Assembly (NCBI RefSeq): GCF_004963255.1
Contig: NZ_SUGA01000032.1
Location: forward strand, 286-64,285
Direction of reading: 5' to 3'
DNA length: 64,000 nucleotides
Source of the DNA: Mesorhizobium sp.
Lineage (GTDB): Bacteria > Pseudomonadota > Alphaproteobacteria > Rhizobiales > Rhizobiaceae
This document shows positions 1-8,779 of the stretch, piece after piece. The notes beneath the pieces are model-generated. The model was not told where the DNA came from, did no database searches, and saw only the letters and a list, made by a program, of their open reading frames with translations. The translations under genes and the position numbers were made by a program. Positions within the stretch are counted from its first letter, which is position 1. The number at the start of each line of letters is the position of its first letter.

Positions 1-18
1 CGGAAGCCTCAACGCCGC

Positions 19-216
19 CTACTTCTCCGCTCGCGCCGCTTTGCGCAAATCCCCGATAGTTCGATTCCAAAAGCGTACCAATTCAAAATGCTCTTGCCTG
101 GTCACCCAGATTTTATTCTCCAGGCTGACTGGATCCCCACCAACGATGACGGGTGTAATCTCAAACAGCTCCATGCCCTTGCGGCGCGAGTGTCCGTTTT
201 TGTCGCTCATTTTCAT
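19..216 (-). CDS. Small protein with a degenerate HNH-like motif; candidate immunity protein
   Basis: 65 aa; FEITPVIVGGDPVSLENKIWVTRQEHF resembles the HNH core HxxPxxxGG...N...H but lacks the first His. Start overlaps the SMI1/KNR4 stop (213-216). Confidence 0.55.
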   Translation of the reverse strand: MKMSDKNGHSRRKGMELFEITPVIVGGDPVSLENKIWVTRQEHFELVRFWNRTIGDLRKAARAEK

Positions 217-653
217 TCCGCCAATCGAGAAAATAGGTCAGCTATGTTACGCGCCGTTTTCAAAGCTAACTTCCTGTTCATGCCTACGAACGGAACGCGT
301 ACGATTGACATATTTGGATCCTGAGTATCAAAGCCATATCCTTCACCTCCTCCGTTCGATCCAAACAAGAAGATACCTGGCGCATATTTTTCGACTTCAT
401 ACTCTCGATTGAAGTCCGCCAATTCTTCGGCCTTAAAGAAAACAACGTAGTTGTCGTGGACAAAACCCTCGCCGCCATTATGCTCTCTGAGGAAGTCGGT
501 GTAGTCCTTGGGTAGCTCGACTCCCAAGCGTGCAGACAGTCCATCGACGACTTCGGGCTCAGCTGGCGGATCAAACTGCCCCTCGGTTAAGGTATATCTC
601 ACTGCTACCCTCGCCAAATCGAAACTGACCCCAGCCAAGACGGCCGACATCAC
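213..653 (-). CDS. SMI1/KNR4 (SUKH) family immunity protein
   Basis: Motifs LGVELPKDYTDFLREHNGGEG and FLFGSNGGGEGYGFD are typical of SUKH; lies downstream of a nuclease toxin. Confidence 0.85.
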   Translation of the reverse strand: MMSAVLAGVSFDLARVAVRYTLTEGQFDPPAEPEVVDGLSARLGVELPKDYTDFLREHNGGEGFVHDNYVVFFKAEELADFNREYEVEKYAPGIFLFGSNGGGEGYGFDTQDPNMSIVRVPFVGMNRKLALKTARNIADLFSRLAE

Positions 654-1130
654 TCAATTGCCTTTGAGCTCCGGCAAAATCCTTTCGTCGAGGAATTTGA
701 GGCGACCGGCCAGCATTTCCGCATTGGCGGGCGTTGCATCGACGTTGACCGGTATTAACTTCGCCACCGACTTTCCTTGCCGAGCCGCCTCGACCCATTC
801 CTCCAAGGCACCAATGTAGCCATCAAGAGCTTCGAAAGGCGTGGCGGCGTCATCAGCAGGGATATATGTCGGCGGCACGTCGCCGACGATCACCCATGTC
901 CATCGGTTCACCTCTGGACGACCAGGCTCTATCTCGAAAAGGAAGATGTAGATAATTTCTTCGGCGCCATATCCAAAATATTCGCCTTTGATGGATAGGA
1001 CCCAGTTGTAGAATTCGAGATACTGACGGGCCTCGACGCGGGCAGAATCGAGATCATCGTCGCCCGTGCTAACGTCGGCAGGGGGCAAGCGCTTGACGCT
1101 GCCTAGGTCTGGCTTTGCAAAATTGTCCAT
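654..1130 (-). CDS. DUF4826-like hypothetical protein, candidate immunity
   Basis: WVIVGDVPPTYI...TPFEALDGY motif; abuts the SUKH gene; lower GC than host genes. Confidence 0.5.
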   Translation of the reverse strand: MDNFAKPDLGSVKRLPPADVSTGDDDLDSARVEARQYLEFYNWVLSIKGEYFGYGAEEIIYIFLFEIEPGRPEVNRWTWVIVGDVPPTYIPADDAATPFEALDGYIGALEEWVEAARQGKSVAKLIPVNVDATPANAEMLAGRLKFLDERILPELKGN

Positions 1131-1182
1131 CAGCTAAGGGCTCAATCAAAGCATATGAGATTCTCAACGGGTCTAAGCGCCG

Positions 1183-1463
1183 TCAGCTCGCAGTCCGGCT
1201 TTGGCGACGGTCGCGAACAAAATCCACGACCAACCAGATCAACTGAGCACCGACGTATACCGGCTGTGAGACCAATCCGGCGCCCCGTCATGCGAGTAGC
1301 CGTAAGCGGACGCGACAACGGCGAGCGCCGCGCAAATGATATGCACCAGCAACAGGCGAGGCATGCCGCCATTCCAGCGCTTTGTGATCCACAGCAACAA
1401 GCGGCTCAGCAAAAATGTCGGAACCAGTGCCCCGAGCAGCATCGCGCCATAATCCGCCCCCAT
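1183..1463 (-). pseudogene. Small 3-TM membrane protein gene with a 1-nt frameshift
   Basis: ATG at 1463 with GGGGA RBS gives two hydrophobic helices (MGADYGAMLLGALVPTFLL...). A shift near 1263 continues as PVYVGAQLIWLVVDFVRDRRQSRTAS-stop at 1183, adding a third helix. Confidence 0.55.
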
Positions 1464-1662
1464 GTAATCCCCCTGTCTAATTATGAACACGCCGCAGTTC
1501 CGAACTGCGGTTCACTCGATAGAATCAAAGGCGAAAATGGCCGTTCTTCGCCCTTCACCTTCCGCCCTAACAATCTGTGATTGCAACTCCTTACATATAT
1601 GCACTTATAATTGCACGCAAGCTTACCCAACCAAACGGTAGGCTGCCCTGGGCTTCTCGAGG

Positions 1663-2277
1663 TCACCCGCCTTTGACGTTTATCCGCGTCCCTGGAGGCA
1701 AACCCCTCGCTTTCGCGATGAGCTGAGCCGTAATGTGCCAATAAACTTCCAGATCTGTCAGTTCCAGATTTGCACTATCGTCTTTGCCGCCCAGGAAGAG
1801 CGGCACCTTGTAGCCGATGCATTGGTCGTAGGCAGGTTCGGCGCCACCATTCCCGCGCCACGTCGCGTAAAAATTCGAGGCCAAGGCGGCATCCTGGTAC
1901 TCATCCAATTCGATTTCATGAAAAGTGCGGATATTGGCCGGAATCTGAAGCGCCTCGCCGGTCCCTGGCTCGAACATCACGACACCAGGCTCCCCATCCT
2001 CGGTTCGTTTGGTGTCAATGGCGAATGTCCTGCCCAACCAATCGTATCCAAAACAGGTAATGCGCCCGGCGAATGCAGGGAAGCCCACGACTATTCTGCT
2101 GCTCCACGCGGCCAAATCCTGGGCACGGACGATGCGGTAAAGGCCGTGATTGAACGACACGCCACTGAAACTGGAAAGCAGCTCATTCAGGCTTGGCACA
2201 CCAGTGTCGATGCTCACAGAATCAGGCTTGCGGCCTGCGTCCGGAGAAAAGCTTTGTCGAAACTTTGGAAACATCAC
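1663..2277 (-). CDS. Tdi1-like (DUF1851) nuclease immunity protein
   Basis: FGYDWLGRTFA and CIGYKVPLFLGGKDDSANLELTDLEVYW motifs; start overlaps the toxin stop (2274-2277). Confidence 0.8.
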   Translation of the reverse strand: MMFPKFRQSFSPDAGRKPDSVSIDTGVPSLNELLSSFSGVSFNHGLYRIVRAQDLAAWSSRIVVGFPAFAGRITCFGYDWLGRTFAIDTKRTEDGEPGVVMFEPGTGEALQIPANIRTFHEIELDEYQDAALASNFYATWRGNGGAEPAYDQCIGYKVPLFLGGKDDSANLELTDLEVYWHITAQLIAKARGLPPGTRINVKGG

Positions 2278-4955
2278 CGATCTCCGATCGTTACCTTGCC
2301 AATTCTCGTCCCGTGAGGCAGATGCTTTATCCGATGATATATCTGGGGACCCAAGCTACGGTTCACGCTTGAATCCAGCGGAGCCATGTTATGCGTCGCC
2401 TCCGCACCTCCCAATTGCAAATCGTGTACATGATCCACGTCGTGGCCGATAGGCACTTCATTGCCTTCTGCTTTGTACCTGGCACTGGCCGACGTCGGAG
2501 CACGAACCGACGGAGTGACTATCTTCTCAACCGCGTTTAGAGCCGCGACCTTTAGATCTGCCGCAAGTCGTTGTGCCGCTGTCCAATGCGGCATGTAAAA
2601 CAGATGTAAGTCGGGACGATCGGAGCCGTTGGTTGCGCCTTCAGAACCAATCGAGGCCTCGCCCGCGTCCCGTGGGATGGCGGAATTCTCGTTCGTTCTA
2701 GGATCGGCCAGATAGGGCGATGCCCCGTCTATTTTAACATCCGTGCCGAAAGACGACTTTGCATCGGCGGGCCGGTCGGCAATTCTCGCCACCACCCGCC
2801 GACCAATCGCGCCGATCCCCTCGGCGAGCGCATTTGCGCCAGTGCCCAGGATCGCTCCAGCGCCCATTTCGCGCACGATGTCCCGGCCGTTGAGCGCAGC
2901 ATCGACGCCGCCGAACACGGCCCCGTCGGCAGCCGCGGTGGTGCTTCTCGCCAGGAAGCCGGGGAAACCTTCAAGGGTTTCAGCTCCCAGCCTGCCCGTG
3001 AAGGTAAGGCCGGCTTTCTGAAAGCCTTGGCCGGTGAGGAAAGCGCCGAGCAGGTTTGCGCCTATGGCAGCCGAGCCGGCACGATCCTCGGCGTCTTCGG
3101 TTTCGGCTTGTTCGGCTGCCCGCAGTTCGGCGTAGCTCTTGTCCGAGAAGATCGCATTCAAGCCGGCGGCGATCGTGTCCGCCTGACCGAAAGTCGCGCC
3201 GTTGGCCATGAGCCTGACAGTGTCGTTCGCCGCCACAAATGGCTTTTGCCACCATGAGCCGGCATCGAACCGCACGCGCGCCGGATGCGCAGCCATCTCG
3301 ATCAGATTTGCCTGCAGCGCTTTTCCCTGGGCTTCCAACTCCGCGGGAGTGATCTTTGGATCGTCCGACGCCTTTTGGCGCAGGCGTGCCAAAGCGGACT
3401 GGAAAACCTGTCCGGCGAAGGCGAAGCGCGTCTCCGGGTCACGCAGAGCCTTGAGTTTGTCACTCAGCTCGATGATGCGCGGCTGCAGCGGCACGCTGTC
3501 ATCGACATATCTTGCGCCAAGGTCGTCCGAGAACTCCTGCGGGACAGCCAAAACCGTGCTGAAACCCAACCGCAGCTGGGCAGCTCTCGCCCACACAACG
3601 GCCGCTTGTAATTCCTCCGGCGTTTTGACCTTGCTCCAGTCTGGAGCATCGCCGCGAAACACCCCACTGGCGTACGCGACTGGATCGGCGGCGCGGGCGG
3701 CCATGATCAACTGAGCGGCGCCGGCCTTGACTTCGTAGCGTTTGCGCGCTTCCAGCGAGCCGCCGGGTCCAGGCCTGCAGTGTAGGAGCTCGGCACTGAT
3801 CGCCTGGTTCGACGCCGCATGCATGTCGGAGTAGGCTTTGCCGATGCCGGTGTTGACCCGGAATAGTTTGAATCGTTCTGGGCCCAGGTCGGCGCCGTAG
3901 ACCTGGACGAAGTCCTGAGCGGTTGGTTCTTCCTCAGGATATTTGCCGGTGGCCGCGATGACGGACGGCGCGCTCTGCTCGGCAAGCATGACCCGCGCAT
4001 TCGCGCCGATCATCTGGACCGCGGTGGCGTTGTTGGCCTGAGTTTTCAGCGCGGCAATGTCGCCGGGTTTCAGATAGGTGATGGCATCGAGAGGTATGGC
4101 TGTGTCGCTGTCCGGCGACGGGCGTTCGCCGAACGCTTGCGCCACCATCTCGTCCGGCGTTTTTTGGCCGGTTGCCGCAGCTTTTTCATCCCGAGCCACA
4201 GCACCAAGCTGCGCCCTCACCGTCTCGCCCATGCCATCGCTCGCCACCGGGCCGGCGCTGAGCAGCTCGGCGGCGCGGCGCGGGTCCAGCGCGATCAGCG
4301 CTTGCAGGCGCTCTTTCGCCGTACGGGCGAGCCAGTCGGCTTCGGCCAGCGCCTTGGCTCGCGGGTCAAGGTCCATCTTGGCGATGAGATCGAGGCCGGC
4401 CTGGCGGGAGGCGTCGAAGGCGGTGGTGTCGTTCGGGTCGCTCTGCGCGATGTTGCTGAGCACGGCGGTGTGAACCTCCGCCGCCTGATCCTGCTCATAT
4501 TGCTTGCGCCGCTGATTTTGCTGCGCCGCCATGCGCCGACCGCCTACGGCGCGAAGCGCCTCCTTGCGCGCGGCAAGACCGGCGCGCAGCTCGGGCGGCA
4601 GCTGTTTCAGGAAATTGCCGAACAGCGCGTCGAACACGCCGGTCTTCACAACCTGGCCGGTGTACGGATCGACCTGGCCATACATGGCATCGTGCAGGCC
4701 GGCGCCGTCGGCGGGCGCGTTGGCCACCGCATCGGCCTCGGCCTGGGCGAGCTCGCCGTTCAGCCGGCGCGCGGCGATCTCGGTGTCGAAGGCCTCTTGC
4801 TGCGCCTTGCGCTGCTCGTAGCGCTCGGCGGCGGCTTGCCACCGGTCGCCGAACTGCTGCATCGCCTCGCCGACCGGCGAGGAGTCCGGATATTGCACCG
4901 CATTGCCGGTATCGAGCCGGCGCTCGCCGACGAACAGGGGGATGATGTGGACCAT
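2274..4955 (-). CDS. Polymorphic toxin 1: carrier D1 + D2 + Gly/Ala-rich hydrophobic segment + HNH-like nuclease tip (893 aa)
   Basis: Start MVHIIPLF at 4955 with AGGAAA RBS matches the paralog starting at 14565. C-terminus DVDHVHDLQLGG...NMAPLDSSVNRSLG is a beta-beta-alpha-metal nuclease-like motif. Followed directly by a Tdi1-like gene. Confidence 0.8.
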   Translation of the reverse strand: MVHIIPLFVGERRLDTGNAVQYPDSSPVGEAMQQFGDRWQAAAERYEQRKAQQEAFDTEIAARRLNGELAQAEADAVANAPADGAGLHDAMYGQVDPYTGQVVKTGVFDALFGNFLKQLPPELRAGLAARKEALRAVGGRRMAAQQNQRRKQYEQDQAAEVHTAVLSNIAQSDPNDTTAFDASRQAGLDLIAKMDLDPRAKALAEADWLARTAKERLQALIALDPRRAAELLSAGPVASDGMGETVRAQLGAVARDEKAAATGQKTPDEMVAQAFGERPSPDSDTAIPLDAITYLKPGDIAALKTQANNATAVQMIGANARVMLAEQSAPSVIAATGKYPEEEPTAQDFVQVYGADLGPERFKLFRVNTGIGKAYSDMHAASNQAISAELLHCRPGPGGSLEARKRYEVKAGAAQLIMAARAADPVAYASGVFRGDAPDWSKVKTPEELQAAVVWARAAQLRLGFSTVLAVPQEFSDDLGARYVDDSVPLQPRIIELSDKLKALRDPETRFAFAGQVFQSALARLRQKASDDPKITPAELEAQGKALQANLIEMAAHPARVRFDAGSWWQKPFVAANDTVRLMANGATFGQADTIAAGLNAIFSDKSYAELRAAEQAETEDAEDRAGSAAIGANLLGAFLTGQGFQKAGLTFTGRLGAETLEGFPGFLARSTTAAADGAVFGGVDAALNGRDIVREMGAGAILGTGANALAEGIGAIGRRVVARIADRPADAKSSFGTDVKIDGASPYLADPRTNENSAIPRDAGEASIGSEGATNGSDRPDLHLFYMPHWTAAQRLAADLKVAALNAVEKIVTPSVRAPTSASARYKAEGNEVPIGHDVDHVHDLQLGGAEATHNMAPLDSSVNRSLGPQIYHRIKHLPHGTRIGKVTIGDR

Positions 4956-5099
4956 TGGGCTGTTTCCTGGCCGGCGGTTTTGGGGGATGCGCGCAGCGGC
5001 GGGCCGCCAGAGGGTGGCGGCCAGTTCGGCGGTGCGGATGGTGAAGGTTCGGCGGGGGGCGCGGATGGCGAAAGGAGTGCGGCGAGAGCGCCTGCGTCC

Positions 5100-5316
5100 C
5101 CTTCTCCCCTTGTGGGAGAAGGTGGCCGCGAAGCGGCCGGATGAGGGGTGCTCCAGCTTGGCGGCCACTCATCCCCTTGTGAGGCGGGAGCCAAGTTTGG
5201 CGACGCCTCGTTTCTTCCAGCACCCCTCATCCGTCTCGGCGCTGGCGCGCCGATCCACCGCCCGGGGGCGAGCCACGGGCCTCGCCCCGTCCTTCAGACC
5301 CCACAGGGGGAGAAGG
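5100..5316. repeat. REP/RIME-like palindromic intergenic repeat (mosaic copy)
   Basis: Arms cttctccccttgtgggagaaggtggccgcgaagcggccggatgagggg and cccctcatccgtctcggcgc match the copies at 28531 and 51442. Confidence 0.8.
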
Positions 5317-5323
5317 AGAGGCG

Positions 5324-5647
5324 TTATCTCTCCTCGGCGCGCGCCGCTTTTTCCAGCGCCGCGAGGTCGGCGTCTTCCAGCGTCAGGAACCCCATGATGT
5401 GCTGCACGACTTCGGCGCGGGCATTGCTCAGCGCGCTGTGCAGCTCGAAGCCGTCGGGCGTCTTCGTTCGGGCCAGCCAGTCGCCGTAGGAGGGGCGGCG
5501 GTAGTAGCCTGTCGTGGCGGTGAGGTCGGCCAGCACAAGCTCGCCATCCTCGCCGGAAAAGACGCGGCGATAGGCCTTGGTCAGCGCCTCGCGCGCGGCG
5601 AGCGGGCCGCCGGCGTCGGAGGGACGGGCGAAGCGTTTGCGGCTCAT
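5324..5647 (-). CDS. Bbp19-like phage protein
   Basis: AYRRVFSGEDGELVLADL...ARAEVVQHIMGFL pattern; coupled to the portal stop, the usual position in BPP-1-like podophages. Confidence 0.65.
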   Translation of the reverse strand: MSRKRFARPSDAGGPLAAREALTKAYRRVFSGEDGELVLADLTATTGYYRRPSYGDWLARTKTPDGFELHSALSNARAEVVQHIMGFLTLEDADLAALEKAARAEER

Positions 5648-7482
5648 GCGGCACCATTGGCGGCGCCGCCCACGGGGCCGCCCTGGGAGTCAGGCACGGC
5701 GCCCTGCCCGCCGGGCATCGCGCCTTGCGTCGCGCCGGCCGAACCGGCAGCGCCGCCGCCTGCCCCGCCTTGGGCGCCCTGCATCATCGCCTGAAGGCTG
5801 TCGAGCAGGCCGCTGTCTCGCGCCTGCACGGCGGCCGGCACCGCGTCCTTGGCCACCTTGCCGGCGGTGGCGATCGCCGCCATGCCGGCCTGCGCCTGCT
5901 GTGCCTGGGCGCGCGCGCCGCGCATCCCTTCCACCTCGTCCTTGCGCCGGAAAATGCGCTGCGGGCTGCGGCCGGCGCTCTGCACGACGCGGATCGCCTC
6001 GTCGCCGTCGATATTGTCCATGATGCCGGGATCGAACTGCGCCATCTGCATGGCGGTGGTCACCACCTGGATGGTGTCGCGGGCCTCGGCCGAGCGGCGC
6101 AGCACGTCGAGCGGGCCGGTGAAGGTCGGCCGCACCGCCTTGCCGGCGAGGCTTTCCGGCGGGCGGAAGCGGCTGTCCTGGTCGTAGAGGCCTTTGTCCT
6201 CGAGGATCGACAGCTCGCGATCGAGATTGGCGGCAAAGCCGGCCTGGATGATCGAGCCGGAGGGACCGAGCAGCGCGCCCTTCTCCTCCTGGCGGATCAG
6301 CGCCTCGGTCGCGGTCATCTGCGGGTTCTGCACCAGCGTCTGGAAAAGGTTGACGAACATCATGTCGCGGATCTCCTCCGCCCGGCTCGCCGCATAGTCG
6401 AAGGCATAGCTCGGGTTCTGGCCGGTGGCGATCGGCTGGATCAGCGGCCGGCCATTGTCGTCGATCAGGCCAGGATAATTCTCGCCGGGATTGAGCACCG
6501 GCACATAATCGAGCCTGGCCTTGGAGGCCCTCGGCGGATCGGTGATCTGCTGCAGCGCGCGCAAGCCGGAGCGGCGCACGGCGTTCTCCTCGCGCACCGT
6601 GGTCAGCGCCTCGATGGCCGGCGAGATGCCGTAGGCGTCGCCCTCGTAGCGGCGCCAGTTGAAGGTCGAGACCGGGAAGGTGCGGAAGCCGGACTCGCGC
6701 ACGATCTCCTCCTCGTCCTCAATGACGTGGTAAGAGGCGAAGGCCTGGTCGAGATACTGGTAGAAACCGCCCTTGCGGTACATGCGGCGCTCGTCGCGCG
6801 GCTGCACGCATTGGATCAGCGAGATCTTCTCCTCGCATTTGGCCGGGTCGTCGACCAGCGCCTTGATGCGCGCCGGCAGCTTTTCATAGCCGAGCAATTG
6901 CGCCGCCTGGCGCGCCGTGCGCTCGTAGCGGCGGTGGAAAATGTCGACCTGGCCCCAGCGGTTGCGCGACAGATAGCCCTCGACCACGGGGATCGAGGCG
7001 TAGCGGATCAGCGTGCCGCCGAACCCTTCCTCGGCATAGAGATAGGCCGGGCCGTAGCGGACGACGTTGCGCAGACAGGCCTGCGTCGCCGGCACGAAGT
7101 TGGAGTTGGCGGAATAGCGCAGCGCGAACAGGAAATCGCGCAAGGCCTCGGCCCATTCCTTCTCCTCGTCGGTTTCCTCGTCGTTCATCTCGGCCGTGGT
7201 CAGCCCATGCCATTTTTCGGACTGCGGGATGATCAGGCTTTCCAGACCAGCCGCAAGACGGTTGGCGGCGCTGTTGATGGTGTTGGCGTAGACGCGCGAA
7301 CCGCGGCGCTCCTGCCGCTCGGCCTGGCTGTCCGAGCGGCTGGTGCGGCGGCCCGACCAGATGTCGGGCGCATCCGGATCGCAGAACTCCGCCACCGCCT
7401 CCCAGACGGGCTCGTAAGTGGCGCGTTCGGTCTCGAGTTCGGCCTGTCGCGACAGGATATCGCGGGCGCGGGAGTCGGTCAT
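5644..7482 (-). CDS. Phage portal (head-to-tail connector, T7/BPP-1-like)
   Basis: 612 aa intact ORF with W...GYGISPAIEAL, MTATEALIRQEEKGALLGP and FTGPL patterns of head-to-tail connectors; Gly/Ala/Gln-rich tail; host-like GC. Confidence 0.85.
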   Translation of the reverse strand: MTDSRARDILSRQAELETERATYEPVWEAVAEFCDPDAPDIWSGRRTSRSDSQAERQERRGSRVYANTINSAANRLAAGLESLIIPQSEKWHGLTTAEMNDEETDEEKEWAEALRDFLFALRYSANSNFVPATQACLRNVVRYGPAYLYAEEGFGGTLIRYASIPVVEGYLSRNRWGQVDIFHRRYERTARQAAQLLGYEKLPARIKALVDDPAKCEEKISLIQCVQPRDERRMYRKGGFYQYLDQAFASYHVIEDEEEIVRESGFRTFPVSTFNWRRYEGDAYGISPAIEALTTVREENAVRRSGLRALQQITDPPRASKARLDYVPVLNPGENYPGLIDDNGRPLIQPIATGQNPSYAFDYAASRAEEIRDMMFVNLFQTLVQNPQMTATEALIRQEEKGALLGPSGSIIQAGFAANLDRELSILEDKGLYDQDSRFRPPESLAGKAVRPTFTGPLDVLRRSAEARDTIQVVTTAMQMAQFDPGIMDNIDGDEAIRVVQSAGRSPQRIFRRKDEVEGMRGARAQAQQAQAGMAAIATAGKVAKDAVPAAVQARDSGLLDSLQAMMQGAQGGAGGGAAGSAGATQGAMPGGQGAVPDSQGGPVGGAANGAA

Positions 7483-7655
7483 GTTGTGCCTTTCACGAGG
7501 GCCATGGGACACTGGTGGATGCATATCGGTCGCGTGCACCGCAAAAGGTTCTTGTGCGACGCAACAATCAATGCGTAGATGGGTTTGGGTAACGGCGGTG
7601 GGGTCACGATGGCCGGAGAGCGGATCTGAGACCCGAGACGACCCACTTCGACGCC

Positions 7656-8723
7656 TTGCACGGTTTGCGAGGCATCGCTGCCGTTCTGGTGATGCTTGGT
7701 CACTTCCGTGAGCTTACGGCGCCGCATCTTGATTTGGCGCCGTCAGGCTTTCTCGCCGTCGATCTGTTCTTTCTGCTGAGCGGCTTCGTGATCGCCCACG
7801 CCTATGACGAGAAGTTCCGAAAAGGCATGTCTTTCCGGGAATTCGCGGAGGCCCGCATCGTCAGGCTCTACCCGTTATATTTCGCCGGCATCGGCATTGC
7901 CGTGGCCTGCGTGGGAGCGACCATCGCGATGCACGGGCTAAGCTCGTATTCGCGGCTGGATTTGCTTGCGAGCCTTGCGTTTTCCCTGCTTTTCCTGCCG
8001 ACGCCGCCGTCGCTTTCAGTCGGTCCAGATTTGCTTTTTCCGCTGAACGGTCCGGCATGGTCGCTTTTCTATGAACTTGTCGCCAACGCGGTTTTCGCCG
8101 CGCTGGCCCTGAGGCTCGCTCGCCGCTCGCTGGCCGCTATCTTCAGCCTTGCTTTCCTGGCGCTGGCGCTGATGGCGTGGGACGGCGTCAGCCTGGGCGG
8201 CGGCGCCCATTGGGACGGCACGATCGCGGCCCCCGCCCGGATCGCCTTTTCCTTCTTCCTCGGGGTTTACCTGCGGCGATATGCGACCGGAGACAGCCGG
8301 GATGGCAATCTTTACATGCCCATCCTGCTGGCGCTTTGCGCGGGACTGATGATCTTCCGGCCCGCCGAAAATGCGCAATTGTACGATCTGGCGATTATAG
8401 TGCTGGTCTGGCCCTGGCTTGTTCTCATGGCTTCCCGCTTGCGGCTCTCGGGCTTCTGGCGTGCGATCGCCCTGTTCTCCGGCAATATCTCCTACGCCAT
8501 CTATGCGCTTCACACGCCGCTGATCAGGATCGTGAACATCCTCGACGAATCCGTCACCGGAACCTTGCGGAACCAGCACGGCCTGCCATTCGTCGTGGGA
8601 ACATCCATTCTCGTCATCGCGGTTGCCGCGTTCGCGCACTACGTCTACGACAAGAATGTGCGGACGCTGCTGCGGCATCTGCTTTCGCTGCGGCGCGCAC
8701 GCGAGGAAGTGACGCAGTTTTAG
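7656..8723 (+). CDS. Acyltransferase-3 (OafA-like) membrane protein
   Basis: LHGLRGIAA, GFLAVDLFFLLSGFVI, WSLFYE and GNISYAIYALH motifs. Start uncertain: no in-frame ATG; CTG at 7626, TTG at 7656, or a frameshift from ATG 7609. Confidence 0.85.
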   Translation: MHGLRGIAAVLVMLGHFRELTAPHLDLAPSGFLAVDLFFLLSGFVIAHAYDEKFRKGMSFREFAEARIVRLYPLYFAGIGIAVACVGATIAMHGLSSYSRLDLLASLAFSLLFLPTPPSLSVGPDLLFPLNGPAWSLFYELVANAVFAALALRLARRSLAAIFSLAFLALALMAWDGVSLGGGAHWDGTIAAPARIAFSFFLGVYLRRYATGDSRDGNLYMPILLALCAGLMIFRPAENAQLYDLAIIVLVWPWLVLMASRLRLSGFWRAIALFSGNISYAIYALHTPLIRIVNILDESVTGTLRNQHGLPFVVGTSILVIAVAAFAHYVYDKNVRTLLRHLLSLRRAREEVTQF

Positions 8724-8779
8724 GCAAGCCGGGGTCTGCCGCACATTGGCTCGGCGGGCCGGCGATTGCGGCTTTGCTG

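Noticed and set aside
4956-5168. 71-aa N-terminal extension of the 964-aa ORF
   Set aside because: It is translated REP-like repeat and intergenic DNA; the paralog and RBS place the start at 4955.
5725-7578. 617-aa plus-strand ORF
   Set aside because: Antisense shadow of the GC-rich portal gene; no motifs. The same applies to 54887-56680, 61281-62210 and 63249-63989.
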